DNA from: a bacterium
GTDB taxonomy: Bacteria; SZUA-182; DTGQ01; JAFGSM01
Direction of reading: 5' to 3'
Length of the DNA stretch: 20,069 bases
Assembly: GCA_049472335.1 (NCBI GenBank)
Contig: JBLIRO010000080.1
Location: 1-20,069 of the forward strand
Made by a program: the position numbers and the translations under genes. The notes below the pieces were generated by a model. The model did no database searches and was not told where the DNA came from. It saw only the letters and a program-made list of their open reading frames with translations. Within the stretch, counting starts at the first letter, position 1. Each line of letters begins with the position of its first letter. Of this stretch, positions 1-7,789 are shown piece after piece.

Positions 1-207
1 AGATTTTTCTTCTATGCAGGTGATTTTGATGAACCCCCTCATATTCATGTTGAATGCGAGAATAAAATAGCCAAATTCTGGCTTGATCCTATAAGGCTGC
101 ATAAAAGTGGGGGATTTAATCGAATAGAAATTAATAGGATTTATAAAATTATTCAAGAACATCAAGAAAAACTAATGGAGGAGTGGGATGAATATTTTGG
201 CAACTGA
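1..207 (+). CDS. DUF4160-family protein (putative type II toxin), 5'-truncated by the window edge
   Basis: Not in the ORF track. Frame 1 is open from base 1 to TGA at 205-207: RFFFYAGDFDEPPHIHVECENKIAKFWLDP...LMEEWDEYFGN*. This matches the FFY..D..EPPHIHV...AKFWL...W.E(Y/F)F DUF4160 pattern. It overlaps the next gene by 20 bp. Confidence 0.85.
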   Translation, partial: RFFFYAGDFDEPPHIHVECENKIAKFWLDPIRLHKSGGFNRIEINRIYKIIQEHQEKLMEEWDEYFGN

Positions 208-508
208 AAAGCAAGTACCGAATGCCATAGCTGTAAATGTAACAGAAGATACTCTTCGTGTTGATTTAAGTGATGGTAGAACAATCTCTGTCCCTCTTGC
301 ATGGTTTCCCAGACTTGTACATGCCACCAAAGAAGAACGTAAAAATTGGAGATTAATAGGCAAAGGAGAAGGTATCCATTGGGAGGATATAGATGAGGAT
401 ATTAGTGTGGAAGGTTTATTGGCTGGGAAACCATCGGGTGAGAGTCAAGAATCGCTGAAAAAATGGTTAAAAAAACGAAATTCCAGCCGAACAAATCATT
501 CCACTTGA
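188..508 (+). CDS. DUF2442-family protein (putative antitoxin partner of DUF4160)
   Basis: Motifs LRVDLSDGRTISVPLAWFPRL and GEGIHWEDIDEDISVEGLL. It lies directly downstream of DUF4160, and its stop codon is inside the attC site. Confidence 0.88.
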   Translation: MNILATEKQVPNAIAVNVTEDTLRVDLSDGRTISVPLAWFPRLVHATKEERKNWRLIGKGEGIHWEDIDEDISVEGLLAGKPSGESQESLKKWLKKRNSSRTNHST

Positions 509-582
509 CCTTTCGGGCCTGTCTATGGTTGCAGGGCCTTTTGGTTATTGGGCCGAAAGGCAAGTGAATTCAATCGTTCTGC
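486..582 (+). mobile_element. attC integron recombination site (canonical, 97 bp)
   Basis: R'' GCCGAAC (486-492), 5-nt spacer AAATC, left arm ATTC[C]ACTTG[A]CCTTTCGG pairing with CCGAAAGGCAAGTGAAT, 6-nt spacer TCAATC, R' GTTCTGC (576-582). The unpaired C and A on the top strand give the classical extrahelical G and T on the bottom strand. Confidence 0.88.
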
Positions 583-603
583 CCAAAGACCGGGAGAGCA
601 GAA

Positions 604-1362
604 ATGCAAGAAAACAAGTGGCTTAGTTATGGCGATCTTGCATGGACTGAATCCATCATCGCTTCACCTGGTGATTATGTAGAGGAAACTGATTTCTACA
701 TAAACATCATAAAAGAGAATGCTGAAACTGAAACCAAAACCTTGCTTCATTTGGGGTGCGGAGCAGGCGGTAATGACTACACCTTCAAGAAACACTTCAA
801 AGTTACGGGAGTAGATATAAGCGAAGGGATGCTCGGGATTGCCAGAAAGATCAATCCCGAAGTCACCTATTTACATGGCGACATGCGAAGCATTAATTTG
901 AAGGATTACTTTGATGCTGTGGCCATTCCCGACGCCATTGACTACATGACGACACTACCGGAACTCGAAATCGCCATTGGAACAGCCTGCAAGCATCTAA
1001 AGCCAGGTGGCGTCCTCTTGATTGTTGCAAAGACTCGCGAAGAGTTCCGGGAAAACAACTTTTGTTATACGGGCACCAAAGACAACGAAGAGATAACCAT
1101 TTTTGAAAATAACTATATTCCCAAAACAGATCGCGCAACCTATGAGGCAACCCTCGTCTACTTGATTAGGCGGAATGGTAGACTGAGCATTTATACCGAT
1201 TGCCACACATTGGGCCTTTTTTCACAAACGGAATGGCTTTCTCTCTTAAAGGGTGCAGGACTGGAAGTTAAGCATACAAGGCTGGACGGCGCCTACGATC
1301 GTTTTCTTCTGGGGGAAGGCGAATACCCTATGCAGGTATTTGTTGGTGTTAAACAACGATGA
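604..1362 (+). CDS. Class I SAM-dependent methyltransferase (gene cassette)
   Basis: Motif I LLHLGCGAGG, plus VTGVDISEGML, HGDMR, FDAV and HLKPGGVLLI. RBS GGGAGAG upstream; flanked by attC-like sites. Confidence 0.88.
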   Translation: MQENKWLSYGDLAWTESIIASPGDYVEETDFYINIIKENAETETKTLLHLGCGAGGNDYTFKKHFKVTGVDISEGMLGIARKINPEVTYLHGDMRSINLKDYFDAVAIPDAIDYMTTLPELEIAIGTACKHLKPGGVLLIVAKTREEFRENNFCYTGTKDNEEITIFENNYIPKTDRATYEATLVYLIRRNGRLSIYTDCHTLGLFSQTEWLSLLKGAGLEVKHTRLDGAYDRFLLGEGEYPMQVFVGVKQR

Positions 1363-1378
1363 CTGATTCTTATGAATT

Positions 1379-1447
1379 GCAGATAATAAGGCGCTCCTGT
1401 CGCCGTCGGCGCTGGCGTGCCTCCGCGGCAGAGCTTGTAGATTAGTC
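1379..1447 (+). mobile_element. Variant/degenerate attC site
   Basis: GCAGATAAT + AAGGC (5 nt) + GCTC[C]TGTCGC ... GCGGCAGAGC + TTGTAG (6 nt) + ATTAGTC. Spacers and the extrahelical base are correct, but the R boxes read AAT/ATT instead of AAC/GTT. Confidence 0.65.
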
Positions 1448-1490
1448 ATACGAGCAGGAACAGTAAAGTAAAAATAAACTGGAGATTTAG

Positions 1491-1991
1491 ATGATCATAA
1501 GGAAAGAAACTACATCAGACATAGAAGCAATCACCCAAGTCACAGTAGCTGCCTTCAGGACGCTTCCAATAAGCAATCACACTGAGCAATTCATAATCAA
1601 GGCATTACGCGCCGCAGGCGCACTTACTTTATCGCTTGTGGCAGAAATTGATGGGCGTGTTGTCGGACATGTTGCTTTTTCACCTGTAATAATTTCTGAT
1701 GGCACAAAAGACTGGTACGGCCTGGGTCCAGTTTCTGTATTGCCGGAATATCAGAAGCAAGGCATTGGCAAATCGCTTATAAACGAAGGTTTGTCCTTGC
1801 TGAAACAATTGGGCGGTCAAGGTTGCGCCCTTGTAAGGGACCCGGGTTATTACAAACGATTTGGTTTCAAGAATTATCCGGAACTGATTCATGAGGGTAT
1901 TCCTCAAGAGGTTTTCCTTATCTTGCCGTTTACCGAAAAGGTTCCCAAAGGAATCGTTGAATTTCATAAGGGATTTAAGGCAAATGGCTGA
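1491..1991 (+). CDS. GNAT-family N-acetyltransferase (YhbS-like; gene cassette)
   Basis: Motifs SLVAEIDGRVVGHVAFSPV, LGPVSVLPEYQKQGIGKSLI (motif A, QxxGxG) and DPGYYKRFGF. RBS GGAGA. Confidence 0.9.
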   Translation: MIIRKETTSDIEAITQVTVAAFRTLPISNHTEQFIIKALRAAGALTLSLVAEIDGRVVGHVAFSPVIISDGTKDWYGLGPVSVLPEYQKQGIGKSLINEGLSLLKQLGGQGCALVRDPGYYKRFGFKNYPELIHEGIPQEVFLILPFTEKVPKGIVEFHKGFKANG

Positions 1992-2112
1992 CTCACTGAA
2001 GGCGGCCTCACTTAGACGTCCTTGAAACGGAAGGCTTTTCGGTAAATGGGTGTAAGGCGCTTTACTTCAGGCGATGGGCGGACTGAGAGCGAAGTGAGGC
2101 AGCAGGCTACAA
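1990..2112 (+). mobile_element. Degenerate attC-like site
   Basis: Inverted repeat GCCTCACTT (2005-2013) / AAGTGAGGC (2092-2100) resembles the CACTT/AAGTG L-box core of attC 486-582. GACTCAC (1990-1996) is a 6/7 match to the GACTAAC predicted from the cassette start TTAGTC. The R' box is not intact. Confidence 0.45.
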
Positions 2113-2128
2113 GCCTTATAGGAGGGAT

Positions 2129-2986
2129 TTGATGAAGGATTCACGCATCACACTGTCCGATGGGCGAGGCCTCGCCTTTTCCGAGATCGGCGATGCCGGA
2201 GGGTCGACAGTGTTCTACTTCCACGGCGCACCGACCTCACGGCTTAGTCTTGTCCCGTGGGAGATGGAATTCGCAGATCGAGGACTTAGAGTGGTTTCTC
2301 CGGATCGACCTGGTTACGGCGGATCATCTCCGCAGCCGGGACGAACGATGTCCGATTGGCCCAAAGACGTGGTAAGACTCGCTGACGCCCTCGGCATCGA
2401 TCGATTTATCGTTGCAGGCCATTCATCCGGAGGCCCGTACGCAATTGCATGCGCTGCCCTGCTCCCCAACCGCGTATCAGGAGCCATCGTGCTTGCCGGC
2501 GTTACAGACATGGCATGGCCCGAAGCCTTGAACGGCTATTTCGAGGCAGAGATCGCTATGATGCGCATGCCGGATGAGCAATCTGTTCTGGTACGTTGTG
2601 AGGAGCTATACGGTGCAGACGGTAGTGGTTTGCTTAGATTATCCGGAATCCATCTTCCAGCGCCTGACGTGGCGCTCTTATCCGACAAGAAGATGGCAAA
2701 CGCGATGTTTGCGAGTATCACCGAAGCCTTTCGTCAAGGTATCGGTGGTTACGCCCAGGACATCTTCGTGCAAGGAAAGGCCTGGCCCTTTGTTCCCGGC
2801 GCGATAACCACGCCAACCATGCTTGTACACGGGAAGCTTGACACAATCGTTCCTGTAGCTCACAGTTGTCATACGGCCGAACTGATCCCCGAATCATCGC
2901 TTCAAATCCTGCCCGGGCACGGGCACATATCCATTTCCTTGGAGCTTCCCAATCTTTGCGCGGAAATGATCCAGTCTCTTGAGTGA
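2129..2986 (+). CDS. Alpha/beta-fold hydrolase (GC-rich; probable cassette)
   Basis: FHGAP oxyanion region, DRPGYGGS, nucleophile elbow GHSSGG, acid HGKLD, catalytic His in PGHGH. RBS GGAGGG; start is TTG 2129 or ATG 2132. Confidence 0.9.
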   Translation: MMKDSRITLSDGRGLAFSEIGDAGGSTVFYFHGAPTSRLSLVPWEMEFADRGLRVVSPDRPGYGGSSPQPGRTMSDWPKDVVRLADALGIDRFIVAGHSSGGPYAIACAALLPNRVSGAIVLAGVTDMAWPEALNGYFEAEIAMMRMPDEQSVLVRCEELYGADGSGLLRLSGIHLPAPDVALLSDKKMANAMFASITEAFRQGIGGYAQDIFVQGKAWPFVPGAITTPTMLVHGKLDTIVPVAHSCHTAELIPESSLQILPGHGHISISLELPNLCAEMIQSLE

Positions 2987-3040
2987 CTTCCAATAAACGG
3001 TCCGAAGTCTGAGGTTTCAGTCGATGGCATTAATGAACCA

Positions 3041-3078
3041 GCCCAACTATTCCTGAGCTTTTAATTCCGCCGTTCGGC
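3041..3078 (+). mobile_element. Collapsed attC remnant (R'' and R' boxes only)
   Basis: GCCCAAC (3041-3047) ... AATTCCGCC GTTCGGC (3072-3078). The right end resembles AATTCAATC GTTCTGC of attC 486-582, but the internal stem is missing. Confidence 0.5.
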
Positions 3079-3155
3079 AGAGGAAAAATTTAATAACTAT
3101 AGCATTTATGCTGTCTTTTTGATAAGCTAAATAAATATAGAGATTATATAGTTTA

Positions 3156-3267
3156 ATACCACCGGTGCTTAGAGTTGGTTGATTCAGATTTTTCTTCTAT
3201 GCAAGTGATTTTGATAAACTACCTCATATTCATATAGTTAAAAACAAGTTTCCAGCCGAACAAGTCA
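3156..3267 (+). pseudogene. Internally deleted remnant of the DUF4160/DUF2442 TA cassette
   Basis: 3186-3233 matches 1-48 at 44/48 nt. It is joined directly to sequence resembling 463-498 (DUF2442 3' end plus TTCCAGCCGAACAA). The frame reads ATA-PPVLRVG-TGA-FRFFFYASDFDKLPHIH, with ATA in place of a start codon and an in-frame stop at 3180-3182. Confidence 0.85.
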
Positions 3268-3303
3268 AGCAGCCTGATTTCACTTGGAGTTTTGTAGTTA
3301 ATT
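3255..3303 (+). mobile_element. Degenerate attC remnant of the deleted TA cassette
   Basis: R'' GCCGAAC (3255-3261) is identical to 486-492. CACTTG follows, then GAGTTTTGTA-GTTAATT (3297-3303), which resembles the GAGCTTGTAG-ATTAGTC end of site 1379-1447. The stem is not intact. Confidence 0.45.
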
Positions 3304-3329
3304 ATCTTAGATAAAAAGAGAAATCCTTA

Positions 3330-5321
3330 ATGATAAAGACACGATTTTTTATATTCTTCTTTATTTTCTTTCTTTTAAGCACGCCTTTAAGTTTCTCACA
3401 TGCAGACGAAAGAGTTCCTGATATTATAGGAAGAGTTAATGATTTTGCAGACATACTGATTCCACATGAAGAGATTCAGCTTGAAAAATTACTGGAAGAA
3501 AATGAGAAGGTCTCAACTTATCAAATAGTGGTTATAACCATTGAAAAATTTATGGAAGATGCCTTAGAAGATTATTCCATGAGCCTGGCTGAGAAATGGA
3601 AAATTGGTCAAAAGGATAAAGACAATGCTGTCATATTGCTGATTGCGGGGCGGGGAAGGGAGATCCATATAGAGGCAGGTTCTGATTTAAAAGGTGCATT
3701 CCCTGATAGGCTTTGCACCTCTATTATCAGGAGAGAAATTGTCCCCTTTTTTAAAGGGGGCTCCTATTTTCTGGGGATCAAAAATGGTCTTAATGCGATC
3801 ATAAGGGAAATAGAATATTTTTATACCTATCAAGACGCCGGAAAGGATATTTCAGAAACTTTGACCTTAAAGGAATTGGCTGTGATTTTATCCATTTTAG
3901 CCGGTTTTCTGGTTTTGTGGATGGTAAAGGGTATTTTTAAGACTTTACAATATCTTTTTATTTCTTTGGATAATAACAATGGAGACAGATCAAAACTTAA
4001 GGTATTTCCTAATATTATACTTCCCGTAACGGCTGTTATAATTCATTATTTAATTATCAAGATATTAATAACATACCACGCAGAAGATCTTCTTGTTAAG
4101 ACATTACTATTTTATATCGGAGGACTTTTTTGGGGGGGACTCATTTTTTTTAATACCCGGATTATTAAAAAAATCTGGTCAATCTTGTTTAGGAATATTT
4201 TTCTTAGAATTGGAAGATTTTTTAGTGGAGTTTGGTCAGGTACGAAAGGCCCATCATCTGAAGAATTACGAAAACACTATACAGAATTGAGCACAGAGGA
4301 ACTAATTAATTTTTTTAAGAAAGATTACACCTTGATCAAGGCTGCTAAAAAAATAATAAGAGAAGAGCTTGAAAATAGAGGAATAAAGACAAAAACCATT
4401 TTAAAGGAACGGGATAAATCAAAATCAAATGAAAAGAAAAAACCTATTCCCAAATCTCTTAAAATTATTGCGGGTTTCTTTATTTTAATTGGTGTCGCAG
4501 CAGCTATTGATATAATGAGGGCACTCGGAAATTTCCGGATTTATAGGATTCGTTTATATTTTAACTTCAATGTATCAGGTCTTGGTCTATTCATAGGTCC
4601 GGGTCTTCTTCGATATAGCCGGGGTTGGCGTCTGGTTGCCCTGGTGTTTATCTGGATTATGTTGATTGTCTGCCCCTTTATAATAGCTGCCAGCTTTATC
4701 AAGTGTTCTTTTGCTCCATCTTTGGAAATATCTTATGTCTTAAATCTTGTCATTTCTTCTTTCTTATTTATCAGCGCATTATGGGCATATCTTGTTCTGA
4801 CCAGTCATGATATTCGTGATCTATTTGGAGTTGAGACACGTGTGCAATCAAAAAAACGATTTTCGGGAAAGGATATTTTTATCTGTGACAATTGTAATAA
4901 CGAAATAAATGAAAAAGATTACTATTGTTCATACTGCGGTGCTGTCTTTGCGGATTCAGACAAAAAATGTTTTATACATGATAAACCAGCCATAGGCATA
5001 TGCATGATTTGCAAAAAGGCTTTTTGTGATGAATGTATTATTGAAACTAAAAATAAATTTTTTTGCGAAGAACACTCCGATTATAATTTCACTGACAATG
5101 GATGGGCAAGTGTTTATGAGACAGAGAATGATGATGATGCGGAAAAAATTAAAGAAAATTTAGATGATAATAATATACCCTGTACTATTGATAATCGCAA
5201 AGATCCATCTTTTCAACTGGCTTTTGGTCTCCAAGGGAGTATTTTTGTGAGAGTACCATTTGATTATGTATTAAAAGCAAAAGAAATAATGCAGGATTTA
5301 GATTTACCTGTCCAAAACTAA
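3330..5321 (+). CDS. Multi-domain membrane protein: TPM domain, TM segments, zinc ribbon/B-box-like Cys-His region, DUF2007-like C-terminus
   Basis: Signal peptide; TPM motifs RVNDFADIL, QIVVITI, LAEKWKIGQKDKDNAVILLIA; about 7 hydrophobic helices; CDNC..CSYCG; CFIH..CMICKKAFCDEC..FCEEH; WASVYET...AEKIKENLDDNNIPC...IFVRVPFDYVLKAKEIM. Confidence 0.75.
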   Translation: MIKTRFFIFFFIFFLLSTPLSFSHADERVPDIIGRVNDFADILIPHEEIQLEKLLEENEKVSTYQIVVITIEKFMEDALEDYSMSLAEKWKIGQKDKDNAVILLIAGRGREIHIEAGSDLKGAFPDRLCTSIIRREIVPFFKGGSYFLGIKNGLNAIIREIEYFYTYQDAGKDISETLTLKELAVILSILAGFLVLWMVKGIFKTLQYLFISLDNNNGDRSKLKVFPNIILPVTAVIIHYLIIKILITYHAEDLLVKTLLFYIGGLFWGGLIFFNTRIIKKIWSILFRNIFLRIGRFFSGVWSGTKGPSSEELRKHYTELSTEELINFFKKDYTLIKAAKKIIREELENRGIKTKTILKERDKSKSNEKKKPIPKSLKIIAGFFILIGVAAAIDIMRALGNFRIYRIRLYFNFNVSGLGLFIGPGLLRYSRGWRLVALVFIWIMLIVCPFIIAASFIKCSFAPSLEISYVLNLVISSFLFISALWAYLVLTSHDIRDLFGVETRVQSKKRFSGKDIFICDNCNNEINEKDYYCSYCGAVFADSDKKCFIHDKPAIGICMICKKAFCDECIIETKNKFFCEEHSDYNFTDNGWASVYETENDDDAEKIKENLDDNNIPCTIDNRKDPSFQLAFGLQGSIFVRVPFDYVLKAKEIMQDLDLPVQN

Positions 5322-6536
5322 AGCTCCGGTAGTTCCATCAAAGTTAATGGCATGTACCAATACCGCGTTGATCTTTTTTTCATTAAATCTATCTGCATCA
5401 ACCCCTGAATTACCATCCTGAGGGCCATATTCACAACCTTTGCCCAGGGGAATGGTATCATGATACAAAACCAGTAGAGCGGCAACAGCCTGCATGAGCG
5501 ATCCGGCGGCAAAGCATTCTCCTGTTAGCGGCTTCATGGTGTGTACAGGGATTTTTTCAAGCTCTGATCCGAAGGCCGACCGGAATATCTCGAATCCTTT
5601 ATTAAGCCCTTCATTATCCAATGAATTAAAACCGCTTAGTATATAGTCGATCTTTCTCTGATTTTCCTGATCTTTCTGTAACATATTACGAATAATTGCC
5701 GCCGCCTCCCTGATTGCTGATTCAGATCTAAATCCCCCGGATCTTTTGGCAAAATCCTTTTGAATCGTCTTATTGTAACCGTAATCCGTGGCTTGAATCC
5801 TCCCATAAATGTTGGCATTTCTCTTCAAAGCAGCATTACGGGATTCCAAAACGACCGCTGCAGCACCCTCACCGAGTAAAAATTTATCCGGATAATGGCC
5901 GAAACCGCGCGTGTATCTCCTCCCTTCGAGGGCCTCGGGTTCTGTCATTCCCATCTGAGAATAGGCTGTTGACATTATAGGATCGTACTCCTCGCTGCCC
6001 ACAACCAATACAAGATCCAAAAGACCTGTCTCGATAAGGTCTTTTGCGAACTCCAAAGCCTCGATTCCGCCTGTGGTTCCTGAGACAATGGTATTTCCGA
6101 AATAACGTATCCGAAAATATTTACAAATCTCGCCAAGTGGCGTATTAAAGAGGGAATTGCTGAACAAGCTGGGGCTTCCCAGTTGAACCCCTTCCTGAAT
6201 AAGGCCCTGATGAAACCTTCTGGAAAAAGATATGGCGCCATGTGTTGTGCAAAATACCACGCCGGTTTTTTTGTATTTTTTCAGGTCTGCGATTTCAATA
6301 CCGGCATCCTGAAGGGCCAGATGTGAGACAACCAGGGCGAATTGAGTGACTTTATCCATCCTTCGCACGGATAAATCAGGCAGATATCCCCTCGGCTCGA
6401 ATTGTCTCACCAACCGGACATCTTTATCCGCCTGAATATGCTCCAAGGGCCCTTCTTTGATGGCATCCCAAAATTCCTCCTTGCCGATACCTATTGAGGA
6501 AATAATACCCAAACCTGAAACAACTACATCCATCAA
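5304..6536 (-). CDS. Ketosynthase-fold protein lacking the catalytic triad (chain-length-factor-like)
   Basis: KAS fold motifs VVVSGLGIISSIG, RRMDKVTQFA, LGEGAAAVVLES. The catalytic Cys site reads IVSGTTGG, the first His site YILSGFN and the second KPLTGEC. Starts 2 bp after the active KS stop; ATG at 6533 is an alternative start. Confidence 0.8.
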   Translation of the reverse strand: MMDVVVSGLGIISSIGIGKEEFWDAIKEGPLEHIQADKDVRLVRQFEPRGYLPDLSVRRMDKVTQFALVVSHLALQDAGIEIADLKKYKKTGVVFCTTHGAISFSRRFHQGLIQEGVQLGSPSLFSNSLFNTPLGEICKYFRIRYFGNTIVSGTTGGIEALEFAKDLIETGLLDLVLVVGSEEYDPIMSTAYSQMGMTEPEALEGRRYTRGFGHYPDKFLLGEGAAAVVLESRNAALKRNANIYGRIQATDYGYNKTIQKDFAKRSGGFRSESAIREAAAIIRNMLQKDQENQRKIDYILSGFNSLDNEGLNKGFEIFRSAFGSELEKIPVHTMKPLTGECFAAGSLMQAVAALLVLYHDTIPLGKGCEYGPQDGNSGVDADRFNEKKINAVLVHAINFDGTTGALVLDR

Positions 6537-6538
6537 GC

Positions 6539-7759
6539 TTATGTTCCTTTTTTCTCTATAGATTTTAGGACAATAGAGGCATTCATCCCTCCAAAGCCAA
6601 AAGAGTTACTCATGCCTATCCGTATGTCCTTCCAGAGGGAGTTTTCAGTAACCACATAGAGCTGACAATCCGGATCAGGGTTGTCGTAGTTCAGGTTAAC
6701 CGGCAGGGTTCTATGCTGTAATGCCAACAGGGTAATGATAGCCTCGACCGCACCAGCTCCGCCAAGAAGGTGACCGATCATTGGCTTAACAGAGCTTACA
6801 GGTATATCTATTGCGGATTCTCCGAAAAAATTATTGATGGCAGTGGCCTCCATCTTGTCATTTATCAATGTTCCTGTGCCATGGGCGTTAATATACTGAA
6901 TCTGGGATGGTTTTAGCCCTGCGTCCTCAACAGCCTTTGACATTGCCGCAGCCGCCCCTTTACCGGAGGGGTCCGGTTGAGTAATGTGAAACGTATCATT
7001 GGATTCGCCATATCCGATAATTTCTCCTGAAAATGCCTCCCCTCCCCTTTTAATGAAATTTTCTTCACTTTCCAGTATCATTATACCCGCGCCCTCTCCC
7101 AAAAGGAGTCCATCCCTTTGTTTATCAAAGGGGCGGCACTTCTCCCTGGTTAAAAGCCTGAGCGAATTAAATCCCCCCAAGACATAAGGAGATAGAACAT
7201 CATACCCTCCGGCGGCCACAAAACCGGCCCTGCCGTATTTAATCAATTGATAGCCGTAGCCTATGGCATTTGTACCGGAGGCACAGGCATTGGATACAGT
7301 AAGGACCTTCGCGTGATCAAAAAACCTTTCCGCCAAATGTATGCCCTGGTTAAAGGCTAAATAATCCAGAAGCCATGAGGGTCTTGCCCTTTTTGTTCCT
7401 TCATATAGTATCTTTTTATTATATTTTTCCCCGCAACGGATGCCCCCCAGGCTGGTCCCCAAAATCAAATATCCCTTTTCTATCTGATCCTCAAGAAGAC
7501 CTGCCTGAGAAAAGGCCTCCTGAGCGGCAATAAGCAACAGAATGGAAGAAATATCCATCCTGCGGGATACATCCTTTAAAAGGCAGGCAGGGACATCGGA
7601 TATTAATCCACCACAGAATCCGGCATCTTCAGGTATTTCATGGTTTGAAATCTGCACCAAACCGGATTTGCCTGCCTGTATATTAGACCAATTCTCCTCT
7701 ACTCCCACGCCCAGCGAGGTTATCAATCCCATTCCGCTGACTATTACTCTATGATTCAT
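6539..7759 (-). CDS. fabF: Beta-ketoacyl-ACP synthase (FabF/type II PKS KS-like), catalytically intact
   Basis: Cys-His-His triad in SNACASG, YINAHGTGT and KPMIGHLLGGAG. Also CRPFDKQRDGLLLGEGAG and SNSFGFGG. The symbol denotes the family; this is probably a specialised-lipid paralog. Confidence 0.88.
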   Translation of the reverse strand: MNHRVIVSGMGLITSLGVGVEENWSNIQAGKSGLVQISNHEIPEDAGFCGGLISDVPACLLKDVSRRMDISSILLLIAAQEAFSQAGLLEDQIEKGYLILGTSLGGIRCGEKYNKKILYEGTKRARPSWLLDYLAFNQGIHLAERFFDHAKVLTVSNACASGTNAIGYGYQLIKYGRAGFVAAGGYDVLSPYVLGGFNSLRLLTREKCRPFDKQRDGLLLGEGAGIMILESEENFIKRGGEAFSGEIIGYGESNDTFHITQPDPSGKGAAAAMSKAVEDAGLKPSQIQYINAHGTGTLINDKMEATAINNFFGESAIDIPVSSVKPMIGHLLGGAGAVEAIITLLALQHRTLPVNLNYDNPDPDCQLYVVTENSLWKDIRIGMSNSFGFGGMNASIVLKSIEKKGT

Positions 7760-7789
7760 AAAGTTATCCCATAATTAGATAGAAAGACC

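Noticed and set aside
172..2993. Short alternative-frame and antisense ORFs over the cassette genes (e.g. 172-363, 893-1150, 1246-1449, 1680-1967, 2160-2375, 2718-2993)
   Set aside because: They shadow well-supported genes and have no recognisable motifs. 1246-1449 simply reads through the attC palindrome.
1..5321. Integron integrase or attI site
   Set aside because: No tyrosine-recombinase ORF is present anywhere in the window; it can only lie outside.
5304..7759. Housekeeping fatty-acid synthesis operon
   Set aside because: There is no acpP, fabG, fabD, fabH or plsX nearby. The partner KS is catalytically dead and the neighbours are export and glycosylation genes.
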